DNA of 49,060 nt from Hyphochytrium catenoides (taxonomy: Eukaryota; Protista; Hyphochytriomycota): NCBI GenBank assembly GCA_900088475.1, contig FLMG01000641.1, positions 1-49,060 of the forward strand, read 5' to 3'. Position numbers and translations under genes: made by a program. Position 1 is the stretch's first letter. Each line of letters opens with the position of its first letter. The notes beneath the pieces are model-generated. The model was not told where the DNA came from, ran no database searches, and worked only from the letters and a program-made list of their open reading frames with translations. Shown piece by piece: positions 39,489 through 49,060 of the stretch.

Positions 39489-42162
39489 ATGGATGACTCG
39501 CAGCTCCAAGAGGCTGCAGACAGAGCTTTTAGCTTGTTAAGAAGTCAGGAGGAGCTTCTGGCGCATCATCATGAAGACGCAGAGGCTCTGCATTGTGACC
39601 ACCACGACGGCCATGAAACAGAACTCCTCGCTTCACAGTTGCCGCTCGAAGAGAGCGAAACTGTCCAAGGAGAGCCTGGGGAAGAAAGACATAGAGAACA
39701 TTCCACGCATCGAGCGCTAGAACTCTCCTCCTCTGCTGTCCCTCTTTCAACACTGAATCTGGTCCTTCCGTCACCTGTAAGGCGTGGGCGCGCCGGTCAG
39801 CCGGCGAGGATGTGGACGGGAGAGGAGGATGAGAAGCTGCGTTGGGCGGTGAAGAAATACCAAGAAAAGAACTGGAAGGCCGTAGCGGAACATCTACCAG
39901 GTGACCAAACCCCTTTCTCTTCTGTCGTTATCCTCTTTCCTTTCCATCTTTTTTCTTCTCCTCTCTCTCTCCCTCTCTCTGTCTCTCTCTCTCTCTTCTG
40001 CTTCTCTCGCTCTCTTCACTGCTTCTATCTTCCTTGTGAAGCTTCTGTGCGTCTGTCCAACCGATGCAGTCTTCATGCCCCGACTTGACATCTGGCCGGA
40101 TCTCTGTCTCACCTATAACCTATTCTCCTTCCTTCCATAAATGTTGCAACAGCTACTTCTTCTCCTCTCTTTCACTCTTCTTTCAACTGCTTTCCCTCAG
40201 GTTCTCCTCTCCTATCATTTCTCCCCTACTCGCTGGTCGTATGATAGTTGCCTGCCTCTTCTGAGGCCTTCGGCTAACTAACTAAGGGGCTTTCTGCTAA
40301 GGTCGTTCGCACATACAATGCATGAGTCGGTGGAAGAACGTCCTCAGTGTCGATGTTGATCGCGGCCCTTGGACGGCAGAAGAGGACAAGGAGCTTATTG
40401 ATCTCGTGAGCAAGAATGGACCAAAATGGGCAAAGGTGGCCAAGCTCCTCAGCAGCAACAGAGACAGCAAGCGTTGCAGGGAGAGATACCTTAACCATTT
40501 AGATCCTACCATTAGGAGAGGCGATTGGCGTCAGGAGGAAGACAGAGTGCTGTTGGAAGCGAGGCAAGAGCTTGGGAACAAATGGAGCACCATCGCGCAG
40601 AGACTGCCAGGTGGAACCTTTCTCGCACACTGCGAGCTTCTTTTGTCCCTCTCTCTTAATGACTTATTTTCTCACACTTTTACTTTACCTTTACGGATAG
40701 GGGCACTAAGCAGTTGTTTCTCTGTTTGCCATTAGGACGCAGTGTGACCGACGTGACGAACCGCTGGTACGCTCTCGCCAGAAAAGAGTTTCTTGGTCAC
40801 ATTACGCGTGTCATGGGTGCAGAGAGCGACCTGCTGCCGCACCCGCAGGCGAATAAGCGGCCGAGAGTCAACGAGGAGGTTAGAGGATGATGACTTTTGT
40901 GCATCTCTTTCTCTCTTCTTCTGTGTCCACGTGTCCTTTGTTATTCCTGTCATGTTCACCCCAGCCTTCTCTGGATATGAATTCTCCGGGTAAGGTCTTT
41001 TGCCTGAAATAGCCACAATCGAGATCATTGTGACCCTTGTAAGCGTCGAATAAGAGCTAGACACTCATTGTCCGCCTTCCATCGATGTGCCGCCGTGCCA
41101 TAGGGCTTTGACGCTCAAGGTCGGAAGCTGCATAAATGGAGTAAGGAGGAAAGCGAGAAGCTCCGGCAATCCGTGCGAAAGTACGGGCCATATGGCTGGA
41201 AAATTATTGCTAGGCAGATCCCTGGCCGCACTGCCGTGCAGTGCCAGCAACACTGGAACCAATTTCTCAAGCCAGGAGTCGCCAAGGTGAGTTGCGGGCG
41301 CCGCGTTAGCAATAACAATGTCTAGCCTCTCCTTCGACATGCTTCCTCACTACACAGTTTCGACTATTCACGCTCTGCGTCTCTTTTCTCTGCGATTGGC
41401 TATTCAGGGGAAGGGGTCATGGACTCCAGAGGAGGATGCTCTTCTCATGCAGAAGGTGCAGGAGTTGGGGCGCAAATGGGCAAAGATTGCCCAGGAGCTG
41501 CCTGGCAGGATAGGGAAACAGTGCAGGGAGAGGTAAACAATGTGGCTTTGGATTGTTGCTCCTTCACCACATATTTTAGTCTTTCTAACCCTTTAAAGTC
41601 TTAAGGTTGCCATGGCTATGCCTATCAGGAGCCTTCAAATGGCACAGATTGCGCTGACTTATGAACCTCTACGTCATATATTCGTCTCTTTAGGTATATC
41701 AACCACTTAGATCCGTCAATCAAGAGAGAGCCCTGGACGATGGAAGAGGTAATACCATGCCACCGTTGAAATAAGAGCGCATTTCTCCTCCTACACCATT
41801 CCTCATTCCTCCAGAAAATGCGCGGAAGCGCTACAAGAGCTGCACTTCGCTGTTCCTCATCTCTTTCTAATCTGAACCTCGAACGCTGTTCCTCTTCCTT
41901 CTCGCTATGTCATCCCTTTATACCTCTCACTATCCCTTTTGTTGTCTACTCTTGCCAGGAGAATATCCTCATTGAGGCTCACCAACGTTTATGGAACAAG
42001 TGGTCCGAAATCGCCAAGCTTTTGCCTGGTCGGAGTTACAATGATGTGAAGAATCACTGGCTTTCTTCGTTACAGCGCAGAGTGCAGAGCGGGGAGCTAA
42101 CCGTCTCGCTCACCGCTGTAGAGACAGAGATGGAGCTACATGGTGGAGAGCAGTCTAGCTGA
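39489..42162 (+). CDS. Myb transcription factor with six Myb repeats (two tandem R1R2R3 blocks)
   Basis: Six repeats begin WTGEEDEKL, WTAEEDKEL, WRQEEDRVL, WSKEESEKL, WTPEEDALL and WTMEEENIL. All six GT-AG introns are phase-compatible. Confidence 0.9.
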
Positions 42163-42601
42163 CCTGTTACGGGTATAGGAGAATAGTCGACGCCACGAGT
42201 ATAAGGATTCTGAGGCTCGCATGCATCGGGAAGCAGCAGAAAATTGAGAAGCAATGGACTGAGCCCAGGCAGAGAGCGTGTGGATAGAGGAGCCAAACAC
42301 CATCTATTTATGATTGTGAATATGTAACCTAGCAGATTACTTCAGCGGCCTGCCCTCACCTTTCCCGTTGCTTTCGGCTGATACTGCCTTTGCAAGCCTG
42401 AGAGACAGAGAAAGACAGGGTTATCCTAATATCAGAAGCACAGGACTGGATGCGAAGGCTTTAATGCAGCTATAGCTCTATCTCAAGGAGAAGGCAACAT
42501 TCAACTCTCGGCTGGTGGCAGTGTTGCTCGCAGAGAGAGCCAGGAGGACTCCACTGGTCGCTTGAAAGCTTGGAATACCGGTCACAGCGGGCATAAATTG
42601 T

Positions 42602-45600
42602 CTAGCCTTGACTCTCAGCCTCTTCACGCCTCTTTAACTCGTCCTTGATGTTCTGCATGCGCTGTTTCAATTTCTCTAAGACCCCAGCTCGAGTATGAGG
42701 AGGGTAAGACCATTGCAGCTCCTCGCAATAGTGCAAAGCGCGACGGAGATCTCCTGCTTTGCGACATACTATGGCCAAGTTGTTAAGAATGTCTCTCTCT
42801 TTCTTGCACCAGTCGCGGTAGAGCGTTTCCCTTTCTTCTCTCTCAATCGATGGACGTCTCTCTCCTTCTTCATCCTCGTCCTGCATATTTGCAACGACTT
42901 CTCTTGTCTTAAGCACACAAAGTTCGTAGCCCTCAATGGCAGCCTTCAGCTCTCCTTGCGCTGTGTACACTGTGGCGAGGTTATTGAGCGCTCGTGCCTC
43001 TACAAGCTTGTTGCCTGCCAAGGAGAAGATAAAGTGAGGGAGTGAGAAAGGAGTGAAAGGAAGACACTTGACCAGAGAAGAGTTGTAACACTGTTTGTGG
43101 ACGGTTGCTTAGAGAATCATGGGCGGATGAAGGAGAGAGAGGAAGAGAAAAGGCCCAAGAGAGAGATTGTGCAATCAGGTGTTGACGCAGCAGGATGGCT
43201 ACGCACGCAGCAGGATGGCTACGTGCTTCAAGGAATGTGCAGGAACTGAGAAGGACAGGGCCGCGATGGTTCCCACCTCCTTCCCTAGCAACGCGAGTTG
43301 CCTGTTTGAAAAGCTCAGCGGCGAGCTCCAAAGCCTTATCTCCATAGAGCTGGTTCCCGCGATCCAGAAGTTCTGTCGCGGAGACTTTGTCTTCGACGAC
43401 CCCCTCTACCCTCCCTGCAGCTTCCCTCTCTATCTCCCTCTCTTCTATAGCCAATCTTTGCAAGTTCATCCCTAAAACGCTCCCATACGCCGAGAAAGGA
43501 GAAGATAAGCCAGCAGTTGAAACTCCAGTCGCGACGGCTCCATAGGCAACCGCATCTGGGTTCCCTTCTGGTCCTGGCATAGTGGAAATGCCGCCATACA
43601 CTGCAGAACCGTATGACGCGCCGGAGGTGGAATCCACAGATGAGAAAGGAGTGGAGACGGCTTGATATGTGCTTGAAAAGGTAGGTACAGACCCATAGAG
43701 AGAGGCAGGAGACGAAGTAACTATGGAGACCGAACCATACGCGGCATGCCCAATGATAGGGTTAGCTGCAGGCGTTCCTATCTGCCAGAGACCAGAAGGT
43801 AAAGGACATGGCGGTTAGAAACTAGAGCGCGATATCCCGTTCGCTAGCTGCCACGTTGCGGAACCACCACCATGGCCTTCACCAATCCCTTATGGACTCT
43901 ACTGTTACTCTGCCCTGCTCGTCTGTACCTTCTCGCCTCTTTCCCTAGTCCTCCACCTTTCATTTTTCCCTATATCTTGCAGCATATCTCACCATCGGGG
44001 TGCTCCCATAGACTCCGCCACCAGAGGTGAGGCCCTGCCCTGCGTTGAAGTTTGTAGCAAGGAGCTTCTGCGGCCAAGAGGGCCACCGCGTACAGCGAAA
44101 TATGCAAGTCAGATGTATAGCGAAGTAGCCGACTATTGAGGGAAAGACCGCACCAGAGAAGCGAAGAGTGGGACAAATCGAGTGTCAAGAAACTGATTTA
44201 CCGGCAGTGCGTGGCCTGCGGAGTTTTCTGAGGGGTTGTTACGAGCCTCTTCTCTGAAGCATTTGGAGAGGTGAGACAGAGCCTGAGGGGTGAGTAACAC
44301 CATTAGTCATGTGACCGAAGGAGCATATTGCGACGACCATAAAAGAGAACCACCTCCTTAGCCACCGGAGGTGGGAACGGTCAGCAGCATATCTAACAAA
44401 GGTCAGTGGAGGGAAGCCTGGCTCTTCTCCTTACCGGAAGGCGAAGAACATTGTCATTTCTGACAACAAAGTCTGTTATAGAGAAAAAAGATGGCTCTCC
44501 CGGCCTCAAAGGGCAAGACAGACCGTAGCCTCCCTGCACAGACAGAAAGCGCAATCTCAGCTGAGCACAAGTGAAAAGTGGCTGGGCATGGCAGTTAGAC
44601 GGTCTAGGATTCCCACGCAGGGTGAGAGCTTGAGAGCTCGGCCCATGAAGAAGCGAAGCAGATGCAAACTGTGTATGCAAGGACAGGACATGTGTGGCAA
44701 GGAGACAACACAAAGGCTTCCCTAAGAACCGCCCCCTTAGCGCCTTGGACAACACCTAGATCGATGACAATGTTTTATTAGGCTGACAGACTTACCTCAC
44801 CGATGTTGTGCAGGAGAGAGTGCTTTATGGCCCGAGCTGAGCGTGGACCGTCCACAGCTTCCACTGTCACGCGAGTCAGGACGAATTTGGAGGGCTGGCT
44901 GTCCCCATAGCGGATTAGAAATTGGCCTGCACGGGCAGTTGTGAGACATCAGAAGATAACGAGTATAGTCCAATTCACAACCGCCTCACTCATGCTCCCC
45001 TATAGGTACCAGTGAGAGTAGCGCAGAGCGAGAGAGACGGCTAAAGAGGGAGGAGAGCGATCCTTACACGGCAAAGAGACGGCTACTGTTGAAGGTATCA
45101 GAAGCGTCGAAGGGCCGTAAATAGAAGAAAAGATGTAGCTACAAGGTAAAAGGTGCGAACAGGAATATCGAGTTACCAGGTGTCTTCTCCTGCAGTATGG
45201 ATTCTGCCTCTAAGCGCGATAGGCGCCCATGGAACCACGGAGCCAGCAGCCCGTCCTGCACTAAGGCCACACTTGCCTTTCGAACGCAAGATGTCAGTCA
45301 GGCGCGTAAGACATAGGCTACCACAAAAGAACGAAAGCCTTAAGGACCTGAGCCAAGTTGAAAAAGATGGACGGGTAGGAGAAGAGGGTAACATGGGAAT
45401 GCAGAGAACGGAGCTAAGGGGGCAGGTATCGTCGATTGGACCATGTTAAGGAGTGACATCCTCTCAGGTATAAAGAGAGCCCTCCCTCCTTACCTTCTTA
45501 AGACAGACTCTGAAGGGCCCAAATCTGTCAAGAAAGAGGCCAAACTGTGGCCATAGGCATATTAGAATAGAGGCATTCTTTCTCCTTGGTTTCCGTTCAC

Positions 45601-45625
45601 GTACAACAGGCAAGAACTCTCTCTG

Positions 45626-45675
<50 letters not shown>

Positions 45676-46390
45676 GGTTGCTCTCTCGCTTCAGCATGAC
45701 CATAATTTATCTAAGTTCTTACCTGTTCTGGGGTGACTCCTTCGTTATCCTGAGCGTCCAGTGCATACTTGATGATGAGTTGAAGGTGCTCTGGCAATCG
45801 GTCAGAGGTAAAGACCCAACCGCAAGCTTTCTGAAGTCAGTAGAGGAGTTTACATAACAGAAGGGGAGCCGTCAGATGTTTAGCACGGATGGAGGTGAGC
45901 GAACATCGTTCTCAGTAGTAACCGGAGAGTTGAAGTGAGCGTCCATCAAAGTCACGCTTACGAATAACCTCTATCACTCGACGAACACCGAGAGAGAGAG
46001 AGAGCCAGATAGGTCATCATCCACCTTCTAAAGTTGGGACGGAGGGTGTGGGCTGAGAGAAGCGGAATAGGAACATGGCAAGTGAAAGAAATACTCGTGA
46101 TAGAGGATGAGGACGAGTAGCAGATGGGATGTGTAGCGAGGAAGGATACAGAGAGAGACAAAGGACAAGGAGAGGCAAAGAGTATAGCGCGCTTACCAAG
46201 AGTCCGTCAAAAAAGATGTCATAATGCACCCATTCGCCAAACTGATGGCGCTTCCTGCAGGAACCACAGAAAGACAACTAAGGGCCGACCTCTTGCATCC
46301 TGAACTAAGATTGTTATGGCGGTACCAGAACTCTCTGCCTTCGATATCTCGAATAGCCGCAACAAAGTTGTTGTTGGTTACGGTGCTCAT
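42602..46390 (-). CDS. Cbl-type EF-hand + SH2 + tyrosine-motif array + TPR protein
   Basis: Spliced translation: EGREFWKRHQFGEWV...YALDAQDNEGVTPEQFGLFLDRFGPF (EF-hand-like); PWFHGRLSRLEAESILQEKTPGQFLIRYGDSQPSKFVLT...IKHSLL (SH2); a YG[S/A/G]x-rich linker; TPRs EARALNNLATVYTAQGELKAAIEGY and ILNNLAIVCRKAGDLRRALHY. Confidence 0.85.
45628..45672. repeat. (CT)n microsatellite, intronic
   Basis: Perfect dinucleotide run. Confidence 0.95.
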
Positions 46391-47670
46391 AGCTTGTTAG
46401 AAAGGCAAAGGAACCGCATGAGGTCTCCCACAAAGCACCATCATGAGGTCTCCTACGTGCTTGTTGACTTCGGAGTGTGGCTCTCCACAGCTCTCTTATT
46501 CGTAGCTTTAGTCTTCTTCCGTCCAACCAGGCTTAGCAGACACTGTCCCCAGTCAGGATAAAGAGACCCCACAGAGACACAAGGAATTTCACAGAAGCTC
46601 TGTGGATCAAACAGCCTTTACCGAGGTTCCTCTCTTAACAGCTCGTGTCTGGCTGCGGCTCAGTCTCTTTCGTGCTGCTCCCTGAACGACGAAATAATCA
46701 TCAAAATCTCTGTTTGCGGACGACAAGAGCTTCATCAGATCAGAAAAGCTTCACAGCTATCAGAATCGTGTAGTTGTTATCGCACTGTGACGCTGTATCA
46801 CTCCAAACCCAACCAGAAAGACGCTACCGGCTCTCGTCCCTGTCCTCCTCCAGTACCTGTAATGTTTGACAACAGTTCGTACAGCTGTACATCGGTTCTC
46901 ATCAGGGCACAAACTCGGGGTATTCCGTGCTGCCATTCTTCGTCGCCCTCGTGGTGTGGAAGGCTATGCATAAAGTCTAGTATGTAGTTACTCCACTTAT
47001 TAGTTTCTCCAACTAGTAACTAAATAAATGTTCAAAGAACCTACAACCTTCCTTCACAAAATTATGATGATCTTCATCTGATCTTCAGTCTTCTCTTTAT
47101 AGTCCCTACTGTACGATAGTTCTACTAATGCTAATCTTCATATAGAGTTTGACGAATAAATAGGGAATCAGGCAAAAGGATGAAGAAAGTAGAAGACCGT
47201 ATTACCGTCCATTGACTGCCTAGGAGTCCAAGACACCAAGCCACGAACAACCTGCTGCTGCCTGCTGATGATTCACGTTGTTGTTAAAGACGCTTGAGTA
47301 ATAAAAAAGAAGAATGAACCGGACGAACATCATCGATCGGGAACTCTTCCTGGTGAAGTCTTTGATGGCTAGTTATCATCATTATTCTTCTTCTACGCCC
47401 GCCGCTTTGTCAGGTAGAGGAGGAGATTAATAAAGTTGCAGTAGCATCCTTCGTCATATTCTTGTCTTGTTCTGCTCCATAATAATAGCCTAGAAGAAGA
47501 AGTTAAGGTGAAGAAGAAGAAGTAGTCAGGAGTTGTAGCTATGGCCACAAGGAAGTAGAGCGGACGCAGAGTTCTATGTTGTTGATGAATCTTGCCTGGA
47601 TTCGCAAGGGATCATCATTGCTAACATAATAATCCTCAAAGGATCCATAATATCCTTGCTTCTTCAGTCT

Positions 47671-47709
47671 NNNNNNNNNNNNNNNNNNNNNNNNNNNNNN
47701 NNNNNNNNN
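47671..47709. other. Assembly gap
   Basis: Run of N. Confidence 1.
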
Positions 47710-48679
47710 CCACCAACTTCTCTGATGGTGATCAAAAATGGCCAGGAGTTGTGCTGATCAGAAGATCTGCGGTTGCATATTGCGCTGTCTGATGACAGAA
47801 GAGCCCAAACCAGCCAACACCTTACACGGTATTGTTCCTCTACTGTTGTTATTATCCAGTGTCCAGCTGCTTGGACCTTGGCTGGAGGACAAAAAGTTGA
47901 AAGATCTGAACAAAATTATCCACTCTCAAGGTGGTTTCCTCATTATTCATAGACTGGTTTCCCCCGTTATTCATAGACTATCAATGAGACAAATAGGAGA
48001 CCACCACATTGCTGCTTCCTTGCAAGGGTCTTTCTGAAGACAATCTTTACTCTCCTCATTATGTGCAAGCGTACTTCCTCGCCCCATCATCTGCAGTTAG
48101 TAGATCCGGCCCTCTCTCCTGGCGAAGTGATGATGATGATGATGGTTTGGTTATTGCTAGTTCTCAGCTTGCATCGTGCATCTTCCATCATTATTTGTTG
48201 ATACGGAGATGAAGGAGCGCCACTATGATAGTACTTCCTTCTCTGCTAGAATGATGGTAAAGAAGGACAGAGGGATTGAGGGGTTCAAAATTCCTCTTGG
48301 TTAATGCTTTAGAACTACTGAGCTCTTCTTGTCCCTTCTTCTATCTCTTCTTCCTTTCTTCTTTCTTTTTGCAGCACTTCTTCTTCTTCTTCTTTCTGCA
48401 TTCAATAGGCGGCTGCGGTAAGGCCTTACCATAATCAATATCATCCAACAAGGTTATAGTCAAACAAAGTACCGGAGGCACCTTGAGAATCAGGTACACG
48501 CAGCATAGGACCTACCACCTGCGACGTTATTGACAAAGATGCGGTCACAGTGTAGTTCTATGTCTCCATTGTTTATTACTCCTATAACTATGGGAAGGAG
48601 AACATAAGAATAATGAATGATAAGACAGAGACAAAAGGAGAGTTTTGAGAGAGAGACGGAGGATAAGGTCGGAGATGCG

Positions 48680-48739
48680 AAGAGAGACAGACAGAGAGAG
48701 TGAGACATGAGAGAACCAAAGAGAGAGAGAGAGAACCAA

Positions 48740-48779
<40 letters not shown>

Positions 48780-48780
48780 G
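48680..48780. repeat. Imperfect (GA)n microsatellite
   Basis: GA runs with a duplicated gagaaccaaa interruption. Confidence 0.9.
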
Positions 48781-49060
48781 TAAAAGATGGAGCTTCTGGG
48801 TAGGAAAAGTGAGCTTGGGAGGGTCGCTCCTGCGGTGCTGTTAGTCCTGTCATTTTATTACTGTAGCCCCGAGGTGCCGTTTGAAGTTACAGCCTTGAAC
48901 CATCCCTGTACCTGAAGATGTTCCGATATGGGGTGCAATGAGCCCATCATTTGGCACTTCAGAATCTAATCCTACTCCGCTGGCCTAAGGTGGCAAAGTT
49001 CTGGGCAAGAAATGGAACATCAGCGATGAAGATGATGTTGAGTCTTTGTTGTGTTTCTCT

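Noticed and set aside
46600-49060. Coding gene at the right end of the window
   Set aside because: The frames checked are interrupted, no motif is recognisable, and the region contains a gap and microsatellites.

Overview
Eukaryotic, intron-rich, gene-dense window of roughly balanced GC (by eye). It looks like a protist chromosome end; a stramenopile affinity is only an inference. Bases 1-~6400 are subtelomeric: a degenerate CCCTAA-derived satellite, a decayed Ty1/copia 3' end with PPT and LTR, tandem duplications and an N gap. Compact GT-AG-spliced genes follow, reconstructed by hand: an MPPED-type metallophosphoesterase with a long C-terminal extension carrying three CxxC-x6-HxH repeats, RGP1, NUP155, ARMT1/DUF89, a GTP cyclohydrolase I feedback regulator (GFRP, absent from the ORF track), ADAT2/TAD2, a B-box/DUF2009 protein, an intronless carbonyl reductase, an intronless doubly frameshifted membrane protein, a PYURF/Trm112-like protein (also absent from the ORF track), a six-repeat (R1R2R3 x2) Myb, and a multi-exon protein with a Cbl-type EF-hand, an SH2 domain, an array of eight tyrosine (mostly YG[S/A/G]) motifs and TPRs. 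The last is the best candidate for an undescribed system: a possible phosphotyrosine adaptor. Family assignments come from motif recognition only; no searches were run.
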